Program-made: the position numbers and the translations under genes | Shown: positions 1 through 9,355 of the stretch, one piece after another | How positions within the stretch are numbered: the stretch's first letter is position 1 | How the letters are laid out: each line of letters opens with the position of its first letter | Source of the DNA: Veleropilina oligotropha | Taxonomy: Eukaryota | Direction: 5' to 3' | Length of the DNA: 64,000 nucleotides | NCBI GenBank assembly: GCA_048128005.1 | Contig: JBEUKZ010000126.1 | Span: forward strand, 124,001-188,000 | Notes under the pieces: model-generated | The model's input: only the letters and a program-made list of their open reading frames with translations | The model's database searches: none | What the model was told of the DNA's origin: nothing

Positions 1-544
1 CGGTGTGCGCCTTCCTACTCTTATCCCGAATTGATGCCTTCATGGCTTGGTATTTCTCCATCTCCCCTGTGACCAGTTGGAATTCATCATCAGACATCAC
101 CCCGTCCGCTAAGGCCTTTGAGACGTGGTCGGTTATGGTATTAAGCTTGCTGTCGGCCAGGACTCGAATCTCGTCGTGTTTCTTAGCCTTCACCCCGAGG
201 CGTCGGCTGATATATTTTCCACCCATACTGGCGAGCCCACACCCCAACGCCGCTAATTCGAGCACTAGGACAACAGGTGCGGCAACGATTGTGGAAAGTA
301 GTCCAATTCCAGCGCTACCCATACCAAGGGTCGCGACGACTAGTCCGTTATCTATCCCGTCAACGACGTTAACACCTCGGCGGTATTTTTTATATAGTGC
401 AGCCCTTGTGTCCCTTTCTCGTTCTAGCTGTCCCTGGAGCTCATTCACTTTCTGTAGTCGGAAAGACTGTGCCTCATGCAGTTCCGAAATCCCATCGCCA
501 CCAAGCTGTGGGTACAGCATTGGCGCTGAGGGTGTGTTGTCCAT
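1..544 (-). CDS. Viral 2-TM membrane protein with N-terminal PSAP and LYPQL motifs (3' end outside window; not in ORF track)
   Basis: Manual translation from ATG 544: MDNTPSAPMLYPQLGGDGISELHEAQSFRLQKVNELQGQLERERDTRAALYKKYRRGVNVVDGIDNGLVVATLGMGSAGIGLLSTIVAAPVVLVLELAALGCGLASMGGKYISRRLGVKAKKHDEIRVLADSKLNT... It stays open to base 1, and its ATG directly follows the TAG of the upstream ORF. Confidence 0.85.
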   Translation of the reverse strand, partial: MDNTPSAPMLYPQLGGDGISELHEAQSFRLQKVNELQGQLERERDTRAALYKKYRRGVNVVDGIDNGLVVATLGMGSAGIGLLSTIVAAPVVLVLELAALGCGLASMGGKYISRRLGVKAKKHDEIRVLADSKLNTITDHVSKALADGVMSDDEFQLVTGEMEKYQAMKASIRDKSRKAHT

Positions 545-916
545 CTATACGTGGCTGTATTGTTCAGCCTGTTGATTCCCAATGTCTACCGTAACGTTCA
601 AATACAGAGTGCCCACCCACGGGGCCTTGATGGTGAAGGCGAGGGTCAACTTGTCCGAGTCCAGGCCAAGGCTATTTATGGAACACGCTTTGGGGGCGCC
701 CCCGGCCGGCTGGACCGGTGTCGTGTGGATCATTAGCAGGGCTGGGTTCAACCCAAAGCGACCTCCAGTGTTTGGAATCCTGAACCCAGCCCTCGCCAGC
801 CCCTTCTTGGGCGCTTCCCCACAATTAAGAACGAAGTGCCACCGGGTTGGGGAAGAGGGCTCATCTGCAAGCAGGGGTGGGGGTGGGAGTGGGGTCCCAT
901 AGATGCTGGCGCTCAT
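545..916 (-). CDS. Small viral protein, possible penton-associated spike/fibre
   Basis: 123 aa with a Pro-rich linker and a beta-rich C-terminus. Its start overlaps the minor capsid stop (ATGA). Function is inferred from position only. Confidence 0.6.
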   Translation of the reverse strand: MSASIYGTPLPPPPLLADEPSSPTRWHFVLNCGEAPKKGLARAGFRIPNTGGRFGLNPALLMIHTTPVQPAGGAPKACSINSLGLDSDKLTLAFTIKAPWVGTLYLNVTVDIGNQQAEQYSHV

Positions 917-1620
917 TGTATCGCAAGGACTGCGGACATAGGCATACCATGATTGTTGAGCGGGTTACCATCTGGGTCTGTGACGTACACCTTCAACTCT
1001 GTGATTAGTCCGGCCTGCAGTCGCCGGACGGCTGGGTAGCTATGATAGTGGGCAGCTTCACCGAACATCTGCGACGTTATAGGGACCACCGCGAGAATAT
1101 TGCTAGGGGCGCCGTCCTTCACATTGTGTGTTGTACTGAGCTGCTCCAGGTGAACGTGTAGGGTCGCTGCAATGGCAAACCCGACAGGCTTGTTCCCGTC
1201 ATACGTCCTGGGGCGTAGCCATTGTGGCTCATCTGCAGGCTTGTTCTTGTCATAAGTCATAAGCAGCCACCACCCTGCAAGGGTGAAGCCGAGGAGCTTC
1301 CGTATATCGGCGCTGATCGCGAGTTGAGTCCCAGAGGGGACCACGAGTCGCGCGAGTCCGGTAGCACGGCTTACCTCGAGCCGCACGTTAGCTAGGGACC
1401 TCCTCATAGTCTTGGCGAGGGCATCGAAGCTGTAGAACCCTGGTGCCACCTCCACCGTGGTATCGGGGGTCTTAAAGAAGGCTCCAGCGTGCACGTTATG
1501 CCAGCCGACCCAGTAGTCGAACGAGCGCAGGCCGACACATAGCTTGCCATCCCGGTTATCTATCGGTTGCAGGAGGGCAACCGCGGTCCCCTCTTGAACA
1601 CTCGTTAATGTGTGGAACAT
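913..1620 (-). CDS. Putative minor capsid protein (penton, single jelly-roll)
   Basis: Contains PGFYSFDAL and ends LHVHLEQL...SNILAVVPI...ITELKVYVTDPDGNPLNNHGMPMSAVLAI, which resembles Polinton/PLV minor capsid proteins. First ATG is at 1620. Confidence 0.72.
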   Translation of the reverse strand: MFHTLTSVQEGTAVALLQPIDNRDGKLCVGLRSFDYWVGWHNVHAGAFFKTPDTTVEVAPGFYSFDALAKTMRRSLANVRLEVSRATGLARLVVPSGTQLAISADIRKLLGFTLAGWWLLMTYDKNKPADEPQWLRPRTYDGNKPVGFAIAATLHVHLEQLSTTHNVKDGAPSNILAVVPITSQMFGEAAHYHSYPAVRRLQAGLITELKVYVTDPDGNPLNNHGMPMSAVLAIQ

Positions 1621-1624
1621 AACT

Positions 1625-2896
1625 ATGGCTAAGAGCACCTTTGCTTTCAATAGGAGTGCGGCCTATTCGACCGGTGTGGTGTACCCAGCGAAGATCCAAG
1701 ATGAGCAGCTTACAAAACCAAGCGTCGTTGTCTCCTCGTCTGAATCTCCGGCCTTCGTGGCAGACTACCCAGACGTCTTTCAAAAATACCGCCTCCCTCA
1801 CGTCGCGAGTGATCGAGTGATCCAGGCCTGGCACAGTACACCGATGCGATTTTGGCAGAACAAGGTCAATTTCGCCGTATGGTGTGCTACAACAGGTTCC
1901 GGGATCTCCTCAGAAGACCACTTGAATGCTACTGCAGCCCTCGCCAGAGCTGTATTCACCTTCCACGTATACTATCAGGTCAGAAGGATCTTGACCGAGA
2001 TTCAGGCCCCGCTGCCTCAAGACGTGACGTGGGATGCATTCGACACCCCGTATGACCGAAGGTCATATGAAAAGATCTGCAGCGAATTTGGAGTCTCCCC
2101 ACATACCGACTGGCGTGTCAAGGGTCCCAACGGCGGACTAGGCACCGCTTACAGCTACTGGACGAACAACGGCTACCACCCCATCGGACGTGAGTATGAT
2201 CCAAGCCGAATGTCCTTCACCAAAGGTACGACCAACACGAATTTGCATGTGGACTATATAGCACAGGATGCAGGCACTTCGTGGGCTACTTTTATTCTGG
2301 ACAGGTCAGTGGGGTTTACCCGGGCCGGCGTGGAGAGGCTCAATGACTCCATCAGGACCTACGTCTGGGCGATTCTTGGAGCGCAGGCGCAGACACGTGC
2401 AAGTATTCTGGGGAGTGGGACGGCATTTGACGCACAGAAACAGTTTCTGGCGAACGTCGAAGACGCCATCGCATCCCCCGTTGACCTCCCATCAGCCATC
2501 AAACGGTACCAGGACGTTTTGCAGTATGCCAGGTCCAAGGTCGACTTCGTATTCGGCGTTGGCCTGTACATGGCGCCAAGTAACATGCTTCTACGGATCG
2601 GGCAGGTGGCTGGTTATAACAACGAGATCGTCGTCGCCACGGAAGACCAGACCCTAGGTCTTAATATGACGGTGAATGCGGCCAGTGTGCCGCCCAACGC
2701 CGCACGGGGTACTGGAGAAACAGGATTGGTTATTCCACAAGACGCAGATGCAAGCATACCGGTAGTCACTCTGAAGCATCCAAACGCTGAGCTGGCTGTA
2801 GCTGTTCCAGCGGTAGCTGTGGCACATGACGAGGAGAAAACCGCACTTATCGTGGGCGGCATTGTCGTTGGCCTAGCGTTCATCTGGCTTACGTGA
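1625..2896 (+). CDS. Viral hypothetical protein with C-terminal TM anchor
   Basis: Uninterrupted ~423-aa ORF (ATG 1625) ending ALIVGGIVVGLAFIWLT. Confidence 0.8.
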   Translation: MAKSTFAFNRSAAYSTGVVYPAKIQDEQLTKPSVVVSSSESPAFVADYPDVFQKYRLPHVASDRVIQAWHSTPMRFWQNKVNFAVWCATTGSGISSEDHLNATAALARAVFTFHVYYQVRRILTEIQAPLPQDVTWDAFDTPYDRRSYEKICSEFGVSPHTDWRVKGPNGGLGTAYSYWTNNGYHPIGREYDPSRMSFTKGTTNTNLHVDYIAQDAGTSWATFILDRSVGFTRAGVERLNDSIRTYVWAILGAQAQTRASILGSGTAFDAQKQFLANVEDAIASPVDLPSAIKRYQDVLQYARSKVDFVFGVGLYMAPSNMLLRIGQVAGYNNEIVVATEDQTLGLNMTVNAASVPPNAARGTGETGLVIPQDADASIPVVTLKHPNAELAVAVPAVAVAHDEEKTALIVGGIVVGLAFIWLT

Positions 2897-4181
2897 CCCA
2901 CTGTCTAGCGGCAATAAGAAGCAAGCCCCCAACAGATATAATCACAGCCCACAGATTCTCGGCGAGCCACGACGCAGTCTTGCCGACCAGGTTGATTAGC
3001 CAGGAGACAAGGCTTCCAAGTATTCCGGGGAGCGCGGCTGCGGCCTTCCCCGCTAGTTTGCCTAGAATCCTTCCCAGGTTCTGCAGCTGCTTTTTGACCC
3101 ACTCCTTGACCCCCCCTTGACCACTGGGACGTGGTGGTGGTTGTGGTATGCTCGGCGCTCCGCCTGTCAGGGCTAGTACCAAAGTCGAGATGGCCAACCC
3201 AATAGCGGTCAGTATGGTTGCGATCGTAACCCCTTGCTCTCGGAAGAGGGTCCGAATACGCTCGGCCAGCGTTGTGTCAGAGTGGAGAATCCGATCTAGC
3301 ATCTCTCGGATCCGGCTGATTTGAGAGCGTAGGGCCTCCCGGCTGGATGAGGCTGCCTCTAGGCGAGCTTCTCGTTCATCGTTTAAGTTGCGCAGACGTT
3401 CCGCGATCCGTCGACGAATAAACTCATCCACACCGCCCTCTTCATCGGCCCGATCGAGCTTGCTCTTCTCCAGCTCTATGTGTTCGTCCAGCGCCGTTAG
3501 TTTGGCTAAGTTGTTAGTGAGCTCGCCTCGAATGGTCTGCATCGCCTTGTCAAGTCCGCGAAGCTCGCGGAGGTTTAATGGAGGGTCCCCCATCGTGCCT
3601 AAGATCTCTTCAACCTCGGTATCAGTGAACTTCGTCTCCATCATGTGGATTGCTACCGAGGCCTCAGTAGCTGTCTGCCCCAAGTCCCGCAGTTCCACGT
3701 TGTCTACGTTAGCGGCCGCACCGCTCAACTCATCGTTGGCTGTCTGCAGAGCTGCAACCGCTTTTGAGGACAGCTTCTGTCCCCCTTTCCCCCGCTTCTC
3801 TGGCCGCATCCATGCTTCGAATCCCAACCCTTTTCTGATCGCACTACCCCCACCTCTCCGGTTAGCTAGTGTTGACAAAGCATTGGTTTTTTTCGATCTA
3901 GAATTGATGAGATCGATGTTTGGATATTTCTTCAGCCGCAATCCCTCCCCCTCGACGTACTCGAACTGGGAATAATCACGCCACGTAGGCAAGGTCTGCC
4001 CCTCCTCCGACAGGGCTTTGTAGTAGTCATCAACCGCGTCCTTCACGAACTCTTGCCGCTGACTGCTGGTTCCTTCCTGTGGCCGTTCCGAAAGAACAGG
4101 CTCAATCCAGTCCGTGGATCCAACCTCACCATCATCGTCGATGATGTCGGGCTCGAATGTGGGGTTCTCAAATTCCGCCAT
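2889..4181 (-). CDS. Viral coiled-coil protein with C-terminal hydrophobic/amphipathic helices (candidate membrane-penetration protein)
   Basis: 430 aa: acidic N-terminus with FENPTF, a long heptad region, TM segment GVTIATILTAIGLAISTLVLALTGG, amphipathic VKEWVKKQLQNLGRILGKLAGK and a final TM segment. Confidence 0.8.
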   Translation of the reverse strand: MAEFENPTFEPDIIDDDGEVGSTDWIEPVLSERPQEGTSSQRQEFVKDAVDDYYKALSEEGQTLPTWRDYSQFEYVEGEGLRLKKYPNIDLINSRSKKTNALSTLANRRGGGSAIRKGLGFEAWMRPEKRGKGGQKLSSKAVAALQTANDELSGAAANVDNVELRDLGQTATEASVAIHMMETKFTDTEVEEILGTMGDPPLNLRELRGLDKAMQTIRGELTNNLAKLTALDEHIELEKSKLDRADEEGGVDEFIRRRIAERLRNLNDEREARLEAASSSREALRSQISRIREMLDRILHSDTTLAERIRTLFREQGVTIATILTAIGLAISTLVLALTGGAPSIPQPPPRPSGQGGVKEWVKKQLQNLGRILGKLAGKAAAALPGILGSLVSWLINLVGKTASWLAENLWAVIISVGGLLLIAARQWVT

Positions 4182-4231
4182 TTGAATACACCGGTGGGAT
4201 ACGCATCTAAATCAGCCATAGCGACAACAAC

Positions 4232-5536
4232 ATGTCCAGCACGTACGGACGCACGTTGGATCCATACCGCAGACTTCGAGAGCCCCTCGGGGTCAAGGGT
4301 ATCCGCCAGTCGGTCACCATAACCAACAACCCATCCACCATCGCCGCAAACCAACAACTGCTGGTCCGGTTCCCTAACCTCGGGGCTCATGACGTGATCG
4401 TGCCAGGGACTGCACACCTCGCATTTACCATTTCTCTGACCTCGGCTAACCCGAACAGAACTGTAGTTCAGAATATCGGACGCGCCGTGATAAAAAAGAC
4501 CACGATTAAGATTAGTGAGAACGAAGTCATGTCTATAGATGACTCCGACGTGTACCACTGCTACTGCGATCTCTGGAAAACCGCAGGGGAGCGCACGAAT
4601 GCCCAATATCAGGGTATTGATACCAGCGACAGCCACAACACTACGAAGAATCGTGTCGGCGCGGCAGACGCCTTCAGACGTTCTGAGGACACAGCTATTT
4701 CGGATGCGTACGGCCTAAGGTTTCGCATCCCGCTGGACTTCGAGTTGCTGGAGAGCCACATGCCGTTCTACCAAAGTGCGTTGGGGGACCGTCTTGAGTA
4801 CGAGCTTACGTTCAACGACTACTCCCGGACAATCAGGGACACCGATGACCCCAGCTCCAGCTACGTCATCGACAATATCAGCCTGGAATACGACATGGTC
4901 ACTAATCTTGAGCTTGCCAGATCGATAAAAAACCAATACTCGGGCCGCCTCGTGATCCTGTACGATCGTGTCCTGCGGCATCGTAAGATTACGAGAGACA
5001 AAAGCGACACTTTGTGGAATTTAAATTTGAATGTACCGGCGAAATCCATGAAGGGTATCCTACTGCTGTTTGAGGATCCCGCGAGAGACGCCGCACCATT
5101 CGCGAGGGACACCGAGGCCTTCTACAATCCGAAGATCACAAAGGTCGAGGTCACTATTGAGGGTGTGCCGAATCAACTGTACAGCCAGGGCATGTGTTCC
5201 TACCAGATGTGGGACGAAGCCAGGAGATTCTTCGCCTCCTCTCCGATCAGCAAACGCCATCCTGAGGTCGCGATGGTTGCCAAGGATTTGGAATTGGCGG
5301 ACGTCACCCTGGGCGAGTTTCTGACGAAAAAGTTCGCCTTATGGATCGACCTCAGAGTTACCGACGACGACGAGCTGCATGGGTCAGGCCGGAAAGTAGA
5401 TAACGCCAGCGAGGGCATTATGATTCAGATCACGAAGACGGGCGAAGCCGCCGGCCCGTTGAACGTCTACGTGTTCGTGATAATGGATGCGCAACTGCAT
5501 ATTGAAAATGGCCGATTTGTCACCGCTCTGTACTAG
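4232..5536 (+). CDS. Putative major capsid protein (double jelly-roll)
   Basis: 434-aa beta-rich ORF (NNPSTI...LLVRFPNL...VIVPGT..LAFTI; YNPKITKVEVTIEG; FALWIDLR) next to the packaging ATPase. Size and context match a PLV/Polinton MCP; start context is CAACATG. Confidence 0.82.
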   Translation: MSSTYGRTLDPYRRLREPLGVKGIRQSVTITNNPSTIAANQQLLVRFPNLGAHDVIVPGTAHLAFTISLTSANPNRTVVQNIGRAVIKKTTIKISENEVMSIDDSDVYHCYCDLWKTAGERTNAQYQGIDTSDSHNTTKNRVGAADAFRRSEDTAISDAYGLRFRIPLDFELLESHMPFYQSALGDRLEYELTFNDYSRTIRDTDDPSSSYVIDNISLEYDMVTNLELARSIKNQYSGRLVILYDRVLRHRKITRDKSDTLWNLNLNVPAKSMKGILLLFEDPARDAAPFARDTEAFYNPKITKVEVTIEGVPNQLYSQGMCSYQMWDEARRFFASSPISKRHPEVAMVAKDLELADVTLGEFLTKKFALWIDLRVTDDDELHGSGRKVDNASEGIMIQITKTGEAAGPLNVYVFVIMDAQLHIENGRFVTALY

Positions 5537-6143
5537 TAGGCAGTTCCCGCACCCCAAGGACCCCCACTCCGCAATCATCTGCGGCCAGACTGGCTGTGGG
5601 AAGACGGTTTTCATGCTTGAACTTCTCGAGGGGGAGTACCTTGGGGTGTTCCGGCATATTGTGATCCTCTGCCCAACGATCAAGTACAATAAAACATACC
5701 AGTCATGCCCATGGATCTGGACCGACCCTGAGGTGTACTTGATCCCCCCCGGTGAGCGACTCCATGACTGGTTGCGGGGGTTCTACCGGCTGTTTCAGGG
5801 GGAGTCGACTCTGTACATAATCGACGACTGCGCCGCCAGCAAAGCTATGGCAAAGAGAAGGGACATGCTGACTTTGTTGGCCTTCAGCGGCAGGCACGCC
5901 GAACAGAGCGTATGGGTAGTGACGCAAAAGTACAACAGCGTCTTGAAGGAGCTCAGAGAGCAGACCCGCTGGGTCGCGCTGTTCCATTGCAAGGACCGCG
6001 ACAGTTTCGAGGACTGTCTGCGCGAGAACGATGTAATCCCGTCGCAGGATGAACGGACCGCGGTTCGCAGGCTGTTGACCGAGACACGACACGCTAAGCT
6101 TCTGTTGAAAACTGATCAGCCCGTTGCTTATAGTGTGCTGTAG
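5508..6143 (+). CDS. A32/FtsK-HerA-family genome packaging ATPase
   Basis: Walker A GQTGCGKT, Walker B LYIIDD, and GRH...VWVVTQ arginine-finger/sensor motifs. Start could be 5487 or 5508. Confidence 0.92.
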   Translation: MADLSPLCTSRQFPHPKDPHSAIICGQTGCGKTVFMLELLEGEYLGVFRHIVILCPTIKYNKTYQSCPWIWTDPEVYLIPPGERLHDWLRGFYRLFQGESTLYIIDDCAASKAMAKRRDMLTLLAFSGRHAEQSVWVVTQKYNSVLKELREQTRWVALFHCKDRDSFEDCLRENDVIPSQDERTAVRRLLTETRHAKLLLKTDQPVAYSVL

Positions 6144-6174
6144 TAAGCTGTAGTCTACTGAGCATCTACCCAGC

Positions 6175-6918
6175 ATGTCGGACGCGGTATACAAAGCTTT
6201 TGCTTTCAGCCAGAGCCTGATCTTGCTCCTACTCGTAACGTTGTGGTATTGGCATTATCGCTATATTAGACTGGCGAGGAGATGTTGGAAACGCTTAAGG
6301 ATGGACAGCCTCATCGATCAACTCATGGATGACGAGGAAGAAACGACCGTGAGCAGCAGCTCACCCCGCTCGACGACCAAACGCTGCTCGCAGCACGAGG
6401 AACCTGAAACTGGCTCCATAGGGATGGCAAAGAAACGGGAGAGGCTTGCAGCATTAGCCGTTGGAGGGGCCCACAGATACTTGGGGCGCAACCTCACGGT
6501 TGACCGAATCGACGATATGACTGACGACGAGGTCGAAAAGCACCACGCGAGGTATGAAGCGAAACTCGGTGCTGACATGACGAAGACCCTGGGGACTGCC
6601 GCTATACAGCTGTATGCGGGTGCAGCTGGGATGTTCCTGCCCATTCCACCAGCAAACCAGCTACGACTGATCGCTGATCTCGAGGCCGACCCGTTCATCT
6701 CACATGCCCTGACCACTGCAAGCTGTGAGCTGTATTATAAATGGGGCATGTACCTCGCACCGCTGACCGCAGCGTTGACCACGGCTAAGCACTGCCAATT
6801 TGGACATGTTTGCCCGCCTAAGATACCAGGGCGAGATCAAGATGACGGAAGTGGACCAAATGATCGAGAGCCCGCCGATAGAGAGGGTGACTTCTTCGAC
6901 AGACTCATCAGTGAGTAA
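6175..6918 (+). CDS. Viral hypothetical protein (N-terminal TM if translated from 6175; alternative start 6301)
   Basis: 247-aa ORF inside the co-oriented gene cluster. Confidence 0.7.
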   Translation: MSDAVYKAFAFSQSLILLLLVTLWYWHYRYIRLARRCWKRLRMDSLIDQLMDDEEETTVSSSSPRSTTKRCSQHEEPETGSIGMAKKRERLAALAVGGAHRYLGRNLTVDRIDDMTDDEVEKHHARYEAKLGADMTKTLGTAAIQLYAGAAGMFLPIPPANQLRLIADLEADPFISHALTTASCELYYKWGMYLAPLTAALTTAKHCQFGHVCPPKIPGRDQDDGSGPNDREPADREGDFFDRLISE

Positions 6919-7330
6919 GAAGGACCCGAAAAAAGTGGCTGCAGGGAGGGCCGGAGCTGCTGCGAGGAAGGTCAAGCAAGAGAGGCTACTGGCCGAGGTT
7001 CGAAAACTTAAGGAAGCCACCCGCACAGTTCCAGAACTACCGGAGGCACAGCCCCCAAAACAACAAAAACACAGTGGTGTGCCTGCGGCTGAGGTGACCG
7101 CGGTCGAAAAGTCAGCTACACGGAAATCGGACCCAAAATTTAATTGGACCCAGGTAGCCGTTGCTGCCGGTATGGTTGCGTTGCTATTTGTTGTCTGTCG
7201 ACGCGGCAACAATCCTGGTCCATCCACACCACATCAACAGCCACCAGTCGCGGACGCTGCGCAGCCATCTGTCCCCACCCCAACCACCACCGAATTGAAG
7301 AATGAGCACAACCCGTTCCATATGCGATAG
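6842..7330 (+). CDS. Viral basic protein with single TM segment
   Basis: Basic helix KKDPKKVAAGRAGAAARK, TM segment VAVAAGMVALLFVVC, Pro-rich tail; likely ATG 6842. Confidence 0.7.
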   Translation: MTEVDQMIESPPIERVTSSTDSSVSKKDPKKVAAGRAGAAARKVKQERLLAEVRKLKEATRTVPELPEAQPPKQQKHSGVPAAEVTAVEKSATRKSDPKFNWTQVAVAAGMVALLFVVCRRGNNPGPSTPHQQPPVADAAQPSVPTPTTTELKNEHNPFHMR

Positions 7331-7342
7331 TCTCAGTACAAC

Positions 7343-7582
7343 ATGACTACCCAGATTACTGACGGAAAGATGCTCGGCAACGCCGTCTATCACGCAGCTA
7401 TCGTGTCCGGCCTCGCCATAGGCTACGCACGCCTGGTCAAGATGGTATTCAAGGGAGCGAGCCCCAAACTTGACTTCACGGGGTACGATGTCGGGATGGT
7501 CGTCCTCGACGTAGCGCTCGCCATGGCGACGAAGGACATGCTGATCAAGCAAGGCATCATTCCGGCCGACGTTTTGAAGTAG
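7343..7582 (+). CDS. Small hydrophobic viral protein
   Basis: 79 aa with two hydrophobic helices; CAACATG start context. Confidence 0.72.
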   Translation: MTTQITDGKMLGNAVYHAAIVSGLAIGYARLVKMVFKGASPKLDFTGYDVGMVVLDVALAMATKDMLIKQGIIPADVLK

Positions 7583-7614
7583 TGTGACCCTGCTATGATA
7601 ATCGCAGCATTTCA

Positions 7615-8046
7615 ATGGCTTCCATTGCGATGCTGGTTGGGGGCGCTCTCGTCAACGCCCTCGCCTTCAGCGGCTCCAACTTCCTCTTCTCGAAGCTACG
7701 CAGCTCCGGTGTTGATGCGGAGCGTAAACGTCACGACATAGCTGTAGAGCAGCTCAACGCCGCTCAGACTAAATGGTCCCAAAAGCGGGCAGAGCGTCTC
7801 GACTGGCTGAACGTTGAACTTCGCCGCCAGGGTCATGCCGTTGGGACATTCCGGGATGTTGACGCCGCTATCCGTGACTATGCATTGATCACCGGCAAGA
7901 ACCTTGATCCCACCGCTATAGGGGGTGGCCCTGAGCCCCAGCTGTCCGACTACTACACGCCTAGTGATGACCAGAAGGGACGTGAGATCACCTTCATCAT
8001 CCTCGGGATGGCGGCGACCGGGTTGGTAGCCTACAAGCTCGCCTAA
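7615..8046 (+). CDS. Small viral membrane protein
   Basis: 143 aa with a hydrophobic N-terminus (MASIAMLVGGALVNALAFSG), a coiled segment and a C-terminal TM segment. Confidence 0.75.
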   Translation: MASIAMLVGGALVNALAFSGSNFLFSKLRSSGVDAERKRHDIAVEQLNAAQTKWSQKRAERLDWLNVELRRQGHAVGTFRDVDAAIRDYALITGKNLDPTAIGGGPEPQLSDYYTPSDDQKGREITFIILGMAATGLVAYKLA

Positions 8047-8088
8047 TTATTTCTATAGTGAACATTTTTTTCGTTGGCATGTATACTA

Positions 8089-8379
8089 ATGGGGCTCCCA
8101 GAAGAGCTGTACTGCGCGATGCTTGCGTTCAGCGGGGTGGCGCATAGTACTACGTCACTCGACTGCTGGCGCCGCGACGAAAAGACTATGGTGCGGTTCG
8201 CGGTCCTGGTGCTCTCGGGCCCGACCAACCTACGGGCGACCACTGCGCAGCGACCGGCTCCGGAAGCTGAAGCCTGTTGGAGACTGATCAGTTTACTGGA
8301 ATACATTGCCAGTCTCGATGGCAGCGAAGACCGGCAAAAGAACTCGAGGGCGCGGAATGAACCGGAAGCTTGCGAATAG
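8089..8379 (+). CDS. Viral hypothetical protein
   Basis: 96-aa ORF filling the gap before the integrase; no recognisable motif. Confidence 0.4.
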   Translation: MGLPEELYCAMLAFSGVAHSTTSLDCWRRDEKTMVRFAVLVLSGPTNLRATTAQRPAPEAEACWRLISLLEYIASLDGSEDRQKNSRARNEPEACE

Positions 8380-9355
8380 CTACTATAGCCCCCGAGGCTA
8401 CTGGAAAGGGATCGCCACGATAAAACATCTCTCGGCCGCGGTAGATGTCTCTGAAGACGTGGCCCGGGATTGGCTGAAGAAGCAGGCCATCTGGCAAATC
8501 TATTTACCTGCGCCACGGCGGATTCCAAGACCAAAATTCAACGTCGAAACGCCGAACGAGGTTCACCAAGCCGACCTCCTGTTTGTCCCACATGACAAGG
8601 TCGGTCGTAAAACGTACAAGTACGCTCTGACTGTGGTTGATGTGGCCAGTCGCTATAAAGAAGCTGAGCCATTGGCCACAAAAGAGGCCAAAGGGGTTGC
8701 TGAAGCAATTTCGCGAATCTACAGGCGGAGTCCTCTTAGCTGGCCGAAATTGCTTCAGGTTGATCCAGGACGGGAGTTTATGGGCGCGGTCTCCCAGCTG
8801 CTGGCAAATAATAATGTCGAGGTTAGGCGTGGCCGGCCGGATCTCCATCGCGATCAAGGCATTGTGGAGCGCTTCAACCGGACGCTCGCTGAGCGGCTCT
8901 TCGGGCACCAGTATGCAAAAGAGATGCGGTTTGCAGAGTCTGCGAAAAAGGGTCAAAGGTCGACTGAGTGGGTCGCCCGGATAGCAGCTGTAGTCGCGGC
9001 CTTGAATGGGGAAGTGACCAGGCTGACCGGTAAAAAGCCCAAGGATGCCATCAAGGCACCTCGCGTTGCCCAAAAGCCAGGCGCCACTGTTCCAGGCCGA
9101 CTGGGGAAGGAACAGAAACTCCCCTCTGACGTAGATGTTCGATACCTATACCAACCCGGTGAGTTGGAGGGTGGTCGCCGCCGCGCTACTGACCCGGTGT
9201 GGTCTTTGACGGTTCACAGGCTTGGACGCTCCGTCACTAAGCCTGACGAGCCTGTGCTCTACTACTTGCTCGATGGACCACCGCGTGGGTTTGTTCGAGA
9301 GGAACTTCTCGTGGTGCCTCGTGACACCCAGCTGCCGCCGGTTCTCAGGCGTTAA
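8357..9355 (+). CDS. Retroviral-like (rve) DDE integrase, Polinton type
   Basis: Intact DDE triad (HQADLLF, LQVDPGREF, GIVERFNRTL); Polinton-like N-terminus WLKKQAIWQIYLPAP; likely ATG 8357; no chromodomain. Confidence 0.95.
   Translation: MNRKLANSYYSPRGYWKGIATIKHLSAAVDVSEDVARDWLKKQAIWQIYLPAPRRIPRPKFNVETPNEVHQADLLFVPHDKVGRKTYKYALTVVDVASRYKEAEPLATKEAKGVAEAISRIYRRSPLSWPKLLQVDPGREFMGAVSQLLANNNVEVRRGRPDLHRDQGIVERFNRTLAERLFGHQYAKEMRFAESAKKGQRSTEWVARIAAVVAALNGEVTRLTGKKPKDAIKAPRVAQKPGATVPGRLGKEQKLPSDVDVRYLYQPGELEGGRRRATDPVWSLTVHRLGRSVTKPDEPVLYYLLDGPPRGFVREELLVVPRDTQLPPVLRR

Noticed and set aside
3..575. 190-aa plus-strand ORF
   Set aside because: It is the antisense shadow of the minus-strand membrane-protein ORF starting at 544.
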